From positions 1 to 57,832 of the forward strand of contig JAUWQW010000004.1 of NCBI GenBank assembly GCA_030610885.1: 57,832 bases of DNA. The letters are read 5' to 3'. The stretch comes from Candidatus Aminicenantes bacterium (lineage in GTDB: Bacteria; Acidobacteriota; Aminicenantia; UBA2199). Below, piece by piece: positions 1 to 9,695 of the stretch. Each line of letters opens with the position of its first letter. Position 1 is the stretch's first letter. The notes under the pieces were generated by a model. It did not search any database. It was not told the DNA's origin and saw nothing but the letters and a program-made list of their open reading frames with translations. A program made the position numbers and the translations under genes.

Positions 1-659
1 CCAAATAATGTACTCTCAAAAAGAGACTCTTGAATAGAAGGTGTACTTATTACAACAAAACGCCCTCTCCTACCTGAATAATTATGAATTAACTTAGCTA
101 TATGTGTCTTGCCTGAACCTGTCTCTCCTGTTAATAAAACAGGCTCATCCTCAATTGAATATTTCAATACCAAATCTCGTATACCTTCAATTATATCACT
201 TTTCCCTGTAATCTCCTTGGAACCACTACTCTGCCTTATATAATGAAATGCCTCACATAACAACCCTCCAAGTAACCTGAATGAATTAATCTCCATTTCT
301 GTAAAAAACTCCTTACTACCACTATCTATATATAGGAAAAATTCATCTTTCATAGACAATATTAATACAGGCAATATAGGCAATATTAATAAACTCTTTA
401 TTGACAAATACTCAGCAGAAGCAGAACCACCTTTACCTGATAGTGTTACTAATATATCTTTCTTCTCTACTCCTTTTAAATCCTTCATACTTTTTATTAT
501 ATAACTCTTGCAAAACCCCTCACCCTTTTCAATTGACTTACCTCTAATCTCTCTACCTCTATACCACAGAATATCTCCATCTCTGTGAAAGATCATTACC
601 AGGGAAACCTCTTTGTCTTTTAATAATTTCCATATCTTGTTCTTTATTATTCCAAGCAT
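1..659 (-). CDS. Sigma54-dependent transcriptional activator (bEBP), 5' part only; runs off the window
   Basis: Absent from the ORF track; translated manually. ATG at 659 with AGGAG at 666-670. Reads MLGIIKNKIW...PVLLTGETGSGKTHIAKLIH...ESLFESTLFG, matching the AAA+ Walker A and the ESELFG-type motif that precedes GAFTGA. Confidence 0.85.
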   Translation of the reverse strand, partial: MLGIIKNKIWKLLKDKEVSLVMIFHRDGDILWYRGREIRGKSIEKGEGFCKSYIIKSMKDLKGVEKKDILVTLSGKGGSASAEYLSIKSLLILPILPVLILSMKDEFFLYIDSGSKEFFTEMEINSFRLLGGLLCEAFHYIRQSSGSKEITGKSDIIEGIRDLVLKYSIEDEPVLLTGETGSGKTHIAKLIHNYSGRRGRFVVISTPSIQESLFESTLF

Positions 660-779
660 TTCAATCTCCTGATATATTTATGCTTAACTAAATTTGTTTA
701 CATTTTTACAAATTAAAATATACTTGTCAAACTAAATTTTTATTTTGTCATTTAAAACTTAAAGGTGAATATTTTTGTG

Positions 780-826
780 TGAGGCAATGATACCTGTTTC
801 ATATAGATTTTTTTTGATTCAATTCG
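780..826. repeat. 47-bp dispersed intergenic repeat, copy 1
   Basis: tgaggcaatgatacctgtttcatatagattttttttgattcaattcg; 45/47 identical to 9104-9150. Confidence 0.9.
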
Positions 827-905
827 TCTTATCGTTGTTAGATGGAAAATTGAATAAAATAAATATAAAAGTTGCTATATAAAAAATATTTGATAAAATA
901 TTTAG

Positions 906-3017
906 ATGTTTAATGAAAATATTATGGAACAAAAAACTAGATTCATAACATTAATACTTATATTTATAATTCTATTTTCAGGTTGTTTTTCATTTGGACA
1001 AAGTCTAATAAAAGAAAGGATTTTATCTCAGATTATTTATCAAACTCTGGAAAGATGGCATTATACAGAAAAAAAAATTGATGATGAGTTTTCTAAAAAT
1101 GCATACAATAAGTTTTTAAAATATCTGGATTTTAACAAAAGATTTTTTCTTAAATCTGACATTAAAGAGTTTAAAAAATATATGTATAAACTTGATGATG
1201 AATTGCGGATTGGAAAGAATGAATTCATGAAAACAGCTATCCAATGTATGAAAAAGAGAGTTTCTCAGGTTATGGGTTTTTATGAATCAATGTTAGTAAC
1301 CCCTTTTGATTTTACAAAGAAGGAATACATTGAGCTTAATGCAGATAAGAGAACATATTGTTCAGATCTTAAGGAATTAAAGGAATACTGGAGGAAAATT
1401 CTCAAGCAACAAGCTTTAATAAGGTATATTAATTTATTGAATGCAAAAGTAAATAAAAAGTCTAAAAAAAGATTGAGAGAAGAAGCACAAAAATCTGTTT
1501 TGAAAAGTTTTAAATCTGTTTTTAGTCGAATGCTTAAATTGAGTACAGATGATATATTATTTGGGTATTTAAATTCTATTATAAAAGTGTATGATCCACA
1601 TACTGTTTATTTTTCTCCTAAGCAAAAAAAAGATTTTGATATTAAAATGTCAGGTAGGCTTGAAGGTATAGGTGCTTTATTAAGTGAAGAGGATGGATTT
1701 GTGAAAGTAGTAAGAATCATACCAGGTGGACCTTCATGGTTTCAGAAACAGTTGGGACCAGCAGATCTGATTTTAAAAGTTGGACAAGGGGATGAAGAGC
1801 CCGTAGATATTATTGGTATGCCACTTAGAGATGCTGTAGAGCTTATACGTGGAAAGAAGGGTTCTATTGTTCGTTTGACTGTAAAAAAACCAGATGGTCG
1901 GATTCTGATTATTTCTATTGAGCGTGATGTTGTGTTAATTGAGGAGACTTTTGCTAAATCAGCAGTTTTTATAAATGAAAAATTGAATAAAACTTTTGGT
2001 TATCTTCTTTTACCAGGCTTTTACAATGATTTTTCTAATAAAGATGGAAGAAATTCCTCAGAGGATATAAAAAAAGAGATACAAAAACTTAAATTAAAAA
2101 AAGTAGATGGAATAGTACTTGATCTAAGGAATAATGGTGGTGGGTCTCTGGAGGATGCAATTCGTATCTCGGGTCTTTTTATTGAACATGGACCAATTCT
2201 TCAAATTAAAGAAAGAGAGAACCAGATTCAAACTATTAATGATCCTGATCCAGAAATTAGTTACAAAGGACCGATTGTTGTGTTAATTAATTCTCTAAGC
2301 GCTTCTGCTTCTGAAATTCTTGCAGGTGCTCTTCAAGATTATGAAAGGGCAATTGTTGTGGGCGGGGCTCATTCTTTTGGTAAAGGTAGTGTTCAGATTG
2401 TGATTCCCCTTGATAAAATGGTTCCTGATAGTTCTTTTGATGTTGGTAATTTAGGTGCTTTGGAGTTTACAATTAGAAAATTTTACCGTATAACAGGCAT
2501 ATCAAATCAATATAAGGGTGTAATCCCTGATATTATTTTACCGGATTTCTATAATTATCTTGAAATTGGGGAAAGATATCTTGATCATGCTCTAAAATGG
2601 GACAGAATAGCTCCTGTGAGTTATAAAAAATGGGATAAAAATGGTATAGATATTAAGATTATTGCTGAGAAAAGTAAATGTCGTGTAAAAAACAGCAAAT
2701 ATTTTAAACATATGGAAAATTATATTAAAGGGCTTAAATCAATAAGTAATAAAACCAGGCAGAGCCTAAAATTGGAAAATGTTTTAAAACAGAACAGAAA
2801 GTTAAAGCAGGAATTGGATAAGGTAAAGGTGCCTGGTGTGGGATTATTAAATTTTAAAATTATATCTTCTCAAAAAACAGGAAGCAATTCATCAAAATTG
2901 TCAAAGATTTCTGATCAAAGAGAGAGAAAGTGGTTTAAGCTTCTTGGAGAGGATTTATTTCTTGAAGAAGCATTAAATGTATTAAATGATATGATAGATA
3001 TGCAAAGAACTAATTAA
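906..3017 (+). CDS. prc: Carboxy-terminal processing (tail-specific) protease, S41A with PDZ
   Basis: Signal peptide; DPHT, GIGA PDZ motif, LDLRNNGGG, SASASEI (catalytic Ser), FGKG (catalytic Lys); ~700 aa Prc-type length. The start may be 924. Confidence 0.9.
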   Translation: MFNENIMEQKTRFITLILIFIILFSGCFSFGQSLIKERILSQIIYQTLERWHYTEKKIDDEFSKNAYNKFLKYLDFNKRFFLKSDIKEFKKYMYKLDDELRIGKNEFMKTAIQCMKKRVSQVMGFYESMLVTPFDFTKKEYIELNADKRTYCSDLKELKEYWRKILKQQALIRYINLLNAKVNKKSKKRLREEAQKSVLKSFKSVFSRMLKLSTDDILFGYLNSIIKVYDPHTVYFSPKQKKDFDIKMSGRLEGIGALLSEEDGFVKVVRIIPGGPSWFQKQLGPADLILKVGQGDEEPVDIIGMPLRDAVELIRGKKGSIVRLTVKKPDGRILIISIERDVVLIEETFAKSAVFINEKLNKTFGYLLLPGFYNDFSNKDGRNSSEDIKKEIQKLKLKKVDGIVLDLRNNGGGSLEDAIRISGLFIEHGPILQIKERENQIQTINDPDPEISYKGPIVVLINSLSASASEILAGALQDYERAIVVGGAHSFGKGSVQIVIPLDKMVPDSSFDVGNLGALEFTIRKFYRITGISNQYKGVIPDIILPDFYNYLEIGERYLDHALKWDRIAPVSYKKWDKNGIDIKIIAEKSKCRVKNSKYFKHMENYIKGLKSISNKTRQSLKLENVLKQNRKLKQELDKVKVPGVGLLNFKIISSQKTGSNSSKLSKISDQRERKWFKLLGEDLFLEEALNVLNDMIDMQRTN

Positions 3018-3988
3018 TTTCTGTTTTTTAGACTTGAAATAAGTACAAAAATGAAAAAAGGTGCTCCAATTAAAGATGTGATAATTCCAACTGGAATTTC
3101 AACTGGAGGTATAAGGATTCTGGCAAGAAAGTCTGTAAATGCAAGTAGCAATCCACCCATTATTATTGTTGCAATTATAATGGATTTAAAATTCTTTTTA
3201 AATAATATTCTTGAAATATGAGGAACTATTAAACCTATAAATCCTATGGGACCAACAAATGAGATTAAAATGCCCAGGACAAATGATATAATTATAAAAA
3301 TAATTATTCTGAATTTTTTTATGTTCAGCCCTTTTGAATAAGCAAACTCATCTCCTGCTGATGATATGATTAATTCATTTTTAAGAAAAAAGGTAATTGT
3401 AATAAAGAAAAAATATAAGGGTAACAAGAATAATATTTCTTTATATCCAACAGGAGTAATCCCTCCAATAAGCCATCTAATAATTGAGATGGTTTGAGTA
3501 AAATCAACAAGGTATTGAATAATGACAATCAGAGATGAAAAGAAAAAATTAATAGCAACTCCTGACATCAGTAGAGTGTAAATAGAAAAACTTTTCACGG
3601 TTTTAGCAATACTAAGAATTAGGAGAATTGCAATCAATGCACCTAAAAATCCATAAATATAAACTCCATTTAAACCAAGAAAAGATATTGATAGGTTCAA
3701 TTTAATTGCAATGACAACTCCCAATGCTGCACCGGATGATACACCAAGAGTGTATGGTGTTGCTAAGCTATTTTTAAATATATTTTGAAATATCATACCT
3801 CCAAGTGCAAGAGAGGAACCTGCAATAAATCCGAGAATTGTTCTTGGGACTCTTAATTGCCAGAATATAAAACTTGTCTGTTTGTTATTGAACAAACTAT
3901 TAAAGTCTATTTTTATCACACCCACAAATGGAATTAGCAATAGAATGATTGCTCCAATCCCACAAATTAAAACATATTTTTTATTCAT
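3014..3988 (-). CDS. btuC: Cobalamin ABC transporter permease (FecCD/BtuC family)
   Basis: LRVPR, NSLATPYTLGVSSGA, GPIGFIGLIVPH and PVGIITSLIGAPFF motifs; lies in a B12-riboswitch operon. Confidence 0.85.
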   Translation of the reverse strand: MNKKYVLICGIGAIILLLIPFVGVIKIDFNSLFNNKQTSFIFWQLRVPRTILGFIAGSSLALGGMIFQNIFKNSLATPYTLGVSSGAALGVVIAIKLNLSISFLGLNGVYIYGFLGALIAILLILSIAKTVKSFSIYTLLMSGVAINFFFSSLIVIIQYLVDFTQTISIIRWLIGGITPVGYKEILFLLPLYFFFITITFFLKNELIISSAGDEFAYSKGLNIKKFRIIIFIIISFVLGILISFVGPIGFIGLIVPHISRILFKKNFKSIIIATIIMGGLLLAFTDFLARILIPPVEIPVGIITSLIGAPFFIFVLISSLKNRN

Positions 3989-4736
3989 TTAAATATATAA
4001 TTTCTCTGTTTTTTAAAATTAATTGTTCGTAATTGACATTATAGGTTTGTTTAAAGATATCTTTGTCAAATAGTTTATTCCCTGAATATATTATTTCTCC
4101 TCTTTTTAAGGCTACAATCTTATGAACTATGGGGAAGAGAATTTCAATGTTGTGAGATACTATGATCAAGGTTTTCCCATTGTTTTTAAGTTTGGTTAAA
4201 ATTTTTTTTAGACTTGAAATAGCTTCAGGGTCAAGAAATGTAAAGGGCTCATCAAATAATATTATTGAAACATCTTGAATAAACGTTGATGCAAGCATTA
4301 CTTTCTTTCTTTCTCCACCACTTAAAGTATTTATATCTCTATTTACAAATTCGTGAAGTTCAAATTGGTCTACAGTATTTTGAAATATTGTAAGATCATT
4401 TTTTGAATAATCTTTAAAAAATGAAGTGTAAGGGTATCTGCCAGATAAAAGTATCTCTTTTACACATAATGGTAGAGAAAATTCTTCAAATTGTGGTAAA
4501 TATGAAATTTTTTTTGCAATTTCTTTTTTTGAATTTCTCTTTATATTTTTATTGTCTATAATAATCTCACCATTATAATCAGTGATTGCTCCCAGTAAGA
4601 TTTTAAGCAAAGTTGTTTTACCAGCCCCGTTTGGTCCAAAAATAAGCCAGAAGTCACCATCTTCTATTTTTAGGTTTATATCTCTTAAAATATGGGTCTT
4701 TTTTATCTTATATGACAGGTTCTTTATTTCAATCAT
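3981..4736 (-). CDS. btuD: Cobalamin ABC transporter ATP-binding protein
   Basis: GPNGAGKTT, LSGGE, LFDEP and H-loop; overlaps its neighbours. Confidence 0.85.
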   Translation of the reverse strand: MIEIKNLSYKIKKTHILRDINLKIEDGDFWLIFGPNGAGKTTLLKILLGAITDYNGEIIIDNKNIKRNSKKEIAKKISYLPQFEEFSLPLCVKEILLSGRYPYTSFFKDYSKNDLTIFQNTVDQFELHEFVNRDINTLSGGERKKVMLASTFIQDVSIILFDEPFTFLDPEAISSLKKILTKLKNNGKTLIIVSHNIEILFPIVHKIVALKRGEIIYSGNKLFDKDIFKQTYNVNYEQLILKNREIIYLNE

Positions 4737-5547
4737 AGAAAAAATTATACAGTTTTTTTGCTATTTCTCCAACTCTTGGTCCTGGTATTAACAAGAAAGT
4801 CTCCTTTATGATTTTTATTCTCTCTTTGTTTACAGCAGTTATAATATCATGTTTTGACCATAGATTTAGAATCTCTTTTCTTTTTTTATCTGTATAAAAA
4901 TAAGAAAATTCTATAATAAAATCTGGGTTCATATACACAATTGATTCAAGGGATATGTTTGGATATGGGATGTCTCCATTATATGCATTTATTCCACCAG
5001 AAATTTCAAGAATTTCATTTAAAAAATTGGTTTTACCAATAATGGTAATATTGGTCAATTGATCTGGGTTTCTACCAGCAATTAAAAGTGTTTTGAATTT
5101 CTTTTTTTTTAATGTTTTTAGTTTTATATTCGTGAGAGTTTTTTTTATTTTTGAGGTAATCAATTTACCTTTTTCTATTTTTTTTAATTTTTCTGATATC
5201 AATCGAATTGAATTAAAAATATCGTTTAATGTCTCATGTTTTACGATTAAAAGCTCTGCTTTATCTTTTAGTATTTTTATTTTATTATAATGTTCAGGGT
5301 AGAGGATGATTATATCAGGATTTAGATCTATTAATACCTCAAGGTTCAGGTCAAGGTAACCTCCGATTTTCCTTATCTTTTTAGCTTTTTCTGGGAAATT
5401 GCAAAATTTTGTGTTTCCAATGATGTTTTTTCCTTTTCCTAAAGAAAAGACAATCTCAGTCAAACCAGGAGCAAGGGTAACAATTCTCTGAGAGAATATT
5501 GAAACTTGCAGGATTATTATTAAAATTAGAATTTTTAGGAGCTTCAT
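4729..5547 (-). CDS. btuF: Periplasmic cobalamin-binding protein (helical backbone receptor)
   Basis: Signal peptide; RIVTLAPGLTEIVFSLG, LNPDII and PGPR motifs. Confidence 0.85.
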   Translation of the reverse strand: MKLLKILILIIILQVSIFSQRIVTLAPGLTEIVFSLGKGKNIIGNTKFCNFPEKAKKIRKIGGYLDLNLEVLIDLNPDIIILYPEHYNKIKILKDKAELLIVKHETLNDIFNSIRLISEKLKKIEKGKLITSKIKKTLTNIKLKTLKKKKFKTLLIAGRNPDQLTNITIIGKTNFLNEILEISGGINAYNGDIPYPNISLESIVYMNPDFIIEFSYFYTDKKRKEILNLWSKHDIITAVNKERIKIIKETFLLIPGPRVGEIAKKLYNFFYD

Positions 5548-5560
5548 TTTTTAAATATTT

Positions 5561-7405
5561 TTAATTAATTTTATATCTAATGCCAATCTGGAAGCGTCTT
5601 CCTGGAGATGGATACCCAATAATTTCTTCATATTTTTTGTCAAATAAATTGGTTATTTTCCCGAATATTGATAATCCTATATTTAAAGGCACAGAAATTG
5701 TTAAACTGTATGTATTAAATGAAGGGTTTTCTATTTTAGGGGGATAAGCAGTAAAATCAAAATCATCTCTTTTCCCAACATATACCATATTTGCAGCAAA
5801 AGTGAATTTTTTATGTGTATATATAATGGAAGTTGAAACAGTATGCTTCGGTTTTCTTGGAAGTTCTTCTCCTGTTTCTCTGTCTTCTGAGTGAAGGAAT
5901 GTATATGCACCATATATGGATAGGTTTTTAAAAGGTTCAAAATTCGTACTTAATTCTATTCCATTTACATCTGCTTCTTTTATATTTCTATATTGACCGG
6001 TATAAGTTGTCCAGTCAACTGTAATCCAATCGATCATATCTTTGTATTTTGTATTAAAGTATGTAGCACTAAAAATAAATTTGCCATAATAAAAATCAGT
6101 ACCAATTTCAAATGATTCCCCTTTTTCCGGGTCAAGGTCAAAATTGGGTTTCCCCCAGGGATTAATTTGTTGCAAAATTAATGGGGCTTTGAAGCTTTGA
6201 GAATAAGAGGCATGGATTTTTAGTTTATTAAAAGCAAGATAAGAAAACCCAATTTGAGGTGATATGTTAGAGTTTACATCTTTATATTTGTCATATCTTA
6301 ATGATGTTGAAATCAGGAGATTGTTAAGATCAATTACTGCATTTATATAGCCTGAAAAATAGTTTGTTTTTTCAAAATCAAGGATTTTTCCATAATTGTT
6401 TTCATTTGATATACTCTGGTTTGAGTAATCAATGCCGGTATTTATCATTAATTTGTTAAAGAGAATAGTGTTAAATATCACTTCAGTTTCATAATTATTG
6501 AAATTACTCTTAAATAAGGGTGACCAGAAGTCATCTGGATCTTCAAAATTATATTTACTGTTATTAAAAGATAATTTTACATTCAGTTTTGAGTTTTTAT
6601 TAAATTTATAAGTAAATGGCAAGGCAATTATATAATAATCTTGTTTGTAATTTCTATTTGGGGTTGGAATACCTGTATTAAAAGGTATACCTGAATTTGT
6701 AAAATTTCCAAAAAATCTAAGCCCTATTTCTATTGATTGATTCTTATAATCTGCTTTTGTTGAAATTCCTGTGTTTTTAAAAATATCGTTTTTAATATTG
6801 TTGCTAAAGCGTTGAGAATTAATAGATAATCCAAGGTTAAAATCTTTTATTGGTTTTGAAATTGAAAAATTACTTGAATAAGAGTTGTGGTTTCCTGCTG
6901 AGGCTACAAATTTTGTGCCTTCTTTTGAATATGTGTTGATATTAATAACACCTCCCATTGCATCCGAACCATATAGATTGCTCATAGGTCCTCTAACAAT
7001 TTCTATTTTATTTACTAGATCAGTAGAGAGAACAGCAAGGTTGACACCACCTATATTAGCATTGTCTCTAAGCTTTATACCATCAATAATATACAATACT
7101 TGAGTTGGTTTTGACCCCCTTATATAAGTTGATGAGGTTTGTCCAAACTGACCTGTAGAAAGTGTTAAAAGTCCTGGAGTCTGATTCAAAACTAGTTTTA
7201 GATTGTCAAATTCAAATTTTTCAATATCTTCAAATTTAAAAACAGTTACACTTTGAATTGTTTTATTAAGGGCGATTTTGCCCACAACTTCAATTTCTTC
7301 TGTGAACATGGATTTTTCTTCTTCATTTTGAGTTTTTTCTGTTTTTGAAAATAGAGAGAAAAAAGATAAAAATAGAATGGATAGAAAAAAAATTTTTTTA
7401 AACAT
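5561..7405 (-). CDS. btuB: TonB-dependent cobalamin receptor
   Basis: Plug motifs YIRG and IEIVRGPMSNLYGSDAMGGVINI; C-terminal NLFDKKY...PGR; directly downstream of a cobalamin riboswitch. Confidence 0.88.
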   Translation of the reverse strand: MFKKIFFLSILFLSFFSLFSKTEKTQNEEEKSMFTEEIEVVGKIALNKTIQSVTVFKFEDIEKFEFDNLKLVLNQTPGLLTLSTGQFGQTSSTYIRGSKPTQVLYIIDGIKLRDNANIGGVNLAVLSTDLVNKIEIVRGPMSNLYGSDAMGGVININTYSKEGTKFVASAGNHNSYSSNFSISKPIKDFNLGLSINSQRFSNNIKNDIFKNTGISTKADYKNQSIEIGLRFFGNFTNSGIPFNTGIPTPNRNYKQDYYIIALPFTYKFNKNSKLNVKLSFNNSKYNFEDPDDFWSPLFKSNFNNYETEVIFNTILFNKLMINTGIDYSNQSISNENNYGKILDFEKTNYFSGYINAVIDLNNLLISTSLRYDKYKDVNSNISPQIGFSYLAFNKLKIHASYSQSFKAPLILQQINPWGKPNFDLDPEKGESFEIGTDFYYGKFIFSATYFNTKYKDMIDWITVDWTTYTGQYRNIKEADVNGIELSTNFEPFKNLSIYGAYTFLHSEDRETGEELPRKPKHTVSTSIIYTHKKFTFAANMVYVGKRDDFDFTAYPPKIENPSFNTYSLTISVPLNIGLSIFGKITNLFDKKYEEIIGYPSPGRRFQIGIRYKIN

Positions 7406-7474
7406 AAAAGTCTCCTAAAAAATTATTTTGGAGGGAAACTCAATTTATATTACTTGCCCTCCGCAAGTAACACA

Positions 7475-7657
7475 AAATTTAAGGATTAATAGGTCTTCCG
7501 ACTCCCGGGATCTTTAAGAAACCTTCCCATCCTTTTAATAAGGACAGTGGCTTTTTAATTTAAAGACTGTTTCCTGATATATGATCAGGACCCGGTCACG
7601 GCAGCGGGGGCTGTGGGGTTTTATACCCTCTTCCCTTGAATTAAACCTTAAAAATTT
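7475..7657 (-). ncRNA. Cobalamin riboswitch
   Basis: Minus strand reads AGGT..AAGGGAAGAGGGT..CCCCACAGCCCCCGCTGCCGTGA...GCCACTG...GGGAAGG...GAGTCGGAAGACCT (B12 box), upstream of btuB. Confidence 0.92.
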
Positions 7658-7686
7658 AGTTTATATAAAAAATTTTTTCATGTCAA
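7658..7686 (-). promoter_or_regulatory. Sigma70 promoter of the riboswitch-btu operon
   Basis: TTGACA (7686-7681)-N17-TAAACT (7663-7658), immediately 5' of the riboswitch. Confidence 0.7.
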
Positions 7687-7732
7687 GATAAAAAATAAAA
7701 TAAAAAAGTAAAGCCCCTAAGACTAACTATTT

Positions 7733-7780
7733 TTCTGATATGATTGTATTTGATAATCAAATCAAAATATGATACGATAC
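7733..7780. repeat. Palindromic operator-like direct repeat, copy 1 (upstream of fic)
   Basis: ttctgatatgattgtatttgataatcaaatcaaaatatgatacgatac; 40/48 identical to 8971-9018. Confidence 0.8.
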
Positions 7781-7784
7781 TTAT

Positions 7785-8912
7785 ATGGAAGTAAAGCATA
7801 AGTATATTTGGCAAAAAAAAAACTGGCCGAATTTTAATTATGATAAAGAAAAACTAATAGATTTATTGTTAGAAGTGAATCATCATCAAGGAATATTGAA
7901 AGGGATATATTCTATGATGAATAAGGAGTATCTGCAGGAGGCAACAACTGATATAATGTCAAATGATGCTATAAATACATCTGCTATTGAGGGCGAGATA
8001 CTTTCAAGGGATTCGGTAAGGTCATCTATCTTTAAAAAATTAGGAGTAAAAAACAGGGAAACAAGTAAATCCACACCCCAGACAGATGGAATAGTAGAGA
8101 TACTTTTTGATTTATCTAACAAATATAATACTCCACTTGATAAAAAAAGATTATTTAGTTGGCATGCAGCATTGTTTCCTACTGGGTATTCCGGACTTCA
8201 GAAAATAAATGTTGCATCATATCGAGGTTATGAACCAATGCGAATTGTTTCGGGAGCAACAGGAAGAGAAAAGATACATTTTGAAGCACCACCAAGAGAT
8301 GTACTGGATAAAGAAATGGATCACTTTTTAAATTGGTTGAATAAGGAAAATGAAAATTATGGAGTGGTAAAATCAGCAATAGTTCATCTATGGTTTGTTG
8401 TAATTCATCCTTTTGATGATGGTAATGGCAGATTGGCAAGGGCAATAGGCGATTATATATTATCAAAATATGAAAAGCAGAAATCCAGGTTATACTCACT
8501 TTCAAGTCAAATTAATGAAGATAAAAAGAGCTATTATGAGATATTGGAAAAAACCACAAAAGGAGACTTAAGCATCACATTATGGATAAAATGGTATCTG
8601 GTAGCAATTATTAAGGCTATAAAAAACTCTAAACAACTGGTTGATAAGGTACTTTTTAAAACAAAATATTGGAACTATTTTACCAACACAGTCTTAAACA
8701 GCAGACAAAAAAAAGTTATAAATAAAATCCTTGAAATTGGGAAAAATAATTTTGAAGGCGGAATAAATACGAGAAAATATGCTTCAATAACAAAGGTTAG
8801 TAAGCCAACAGCAGCAAGGGAGTTAATCGATCTGGTTCAGAAAGGTTACATCGTTCAAATTGCAGGAACAAAAGGAAGAAATATAAGCTATAAACTTTTT
8901 GATAATATTTAA
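7785..8912 (+). CDS. Fic family protein (DUF4172-type N-terminus, C-terminal HTH)
   Basis: YIWQKKNWPNF N-terminus, TSAIEGE, intact Fic motif HPFDDGNGRLAR, C-terminal SKPTAARELIDL helix-turn-helix. Confidence 0.9.
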   Translation: MEVKHKYIWQKKNWPNFNYDKEKLIDLLLEVNHHQGILKGIYSMMNKEYLQEATTDIMSNDAINTSAIEGEILSRDSVRSSIFKKLGVKNRETSKSTPQTDGIVEILFDLSNKYNTPLDKKRLFSWHAALFPTGYSGLQKINVASYRGYEPMRIVSGATGREKIHFEAPPRDVLDKEMDHFLNWLNKENENYGVVKSAIVHLWFVVIHPFDDGNGRLARAIGDYILSKYEKQKSRLYSLSSQINEDKKSYYEILEKTTKGDLSITLWIKWYLVAIIKAIKNSKQLVDKVLFKTKYWNYFTNTVLNSRQKKVINKILEIGKNNFEGGINTRKYASITKVSKPTAARELIDLVQKGYIVQIAGTKGRNISYKLFDNI

Positions 8913-8970
8913 TCTGGATCCAATGATCATGAGGGATATATACTTTAACTAATTCCAAAATGAGCGGATA

Positions 8971-9018
8971 TTCTGATACGATTGTATCGGATAATCACAT
9001 CATATTTTGATATGATAC
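8971..9018. repeat. Palindromic operator-like direct repeat, copy 2 (downstream of fic)
   Basis: ttctgatacgattgtatcggataatcacatcatattttgatatgatac. Confidence 0.8.
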
Positions 9019-9103
9019 CACATAAAAGGGGACTGGTGGGGTTGTTCAATTTAAAATTGATTAAATATAAAAATCGTGATAACGTTTTATCGTGTTTTTA
9101 TTA

Positions 9104-9150
9104 TGAGGCAACGATACCTGTTTCATATAGATTTTTTATGATTCAATTCG
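9104..9150. repeat. 47-bp dispersed intergenic repeat, copy 2
   Basis: tgaggcaacgatacctgtttcatatagattttttatgattcaattcg. Confidence 0.9.
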
Positions 9151-9235
9151 CCTACTTGAAAAAAAAAAGAGTTTCTTTTAAAATAAAAAGTATTATGCGA
9201 ATAAAAAGTTTAAATATTTTTTATAGGAGGTTAAA

Positions 9236-9691
9236 ATGAAATTCGTTGATATAGATGTTGAAAAGTTATTCCAACTAATGCAGGAGCATGATATATCTGA
9301 AGTTAACCTCAGAAATGGGAAAATTTCAGTTGAGGTGAAAAGAAATAGAGGAAATGAATTTTTTGTTCCAGATTCAAATAAAAATATAACCATTGCAAAT
9401 CTGGAAACTGATGAAAAGCTATCAATTAAGGAACAAGAAGATGAGAATATCTATTTAGTTAAAGCACCATTGGTAGGTACTTTTTACAAAGCATCTGCTC
9501 CGGATTCAGATCCTTTTGTAGAAAAAGGAGACAAAGTGAAAAAGGGTGACGTCTTATGTATTGTTGAAGCTATGAAAAGTATGAATGAAATTCAGTCAGA
9601 TGTAAGTGGTGAAATTAAAGAGGTCTGCATGAAAAATACCGAGCTTGTAGAGTTTGGACAGGTCTTATTTAAAATAGATACCTCTGTATAA
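9236..9691 (+). CDS. accB: Acetyl-CoA carboxylase biotin carboxyl carrier protein
   Basis: APLVGTFY and EAMK biotinylation motif; AGGAGG ribosome-binding site. Confidence 0.95.
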   Translation: MKFVDIDVEKLFQLMQEHDISEVNLRNGKISVEVKRNRGNEFFVPDSNKNITIANLETDEKLSIKEQEDENIYLVKAPLVGTFYKASAPDSDPFVEKGDKVKKGDVLCIVEAMKSMNEIQSDVSGEIKEVCMKNTELVEFGQVLFKIDTSV

Positions 9692-9695
9692 TTCC

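Noticed and set aside
8982-9393. ORFs 8982-9239 (+) and 9193-9393 (-)
   Set aside because: The first starts at TTG within repeat and promoter DNA; the second is antisense to accB. Neither has recognisable motifs.
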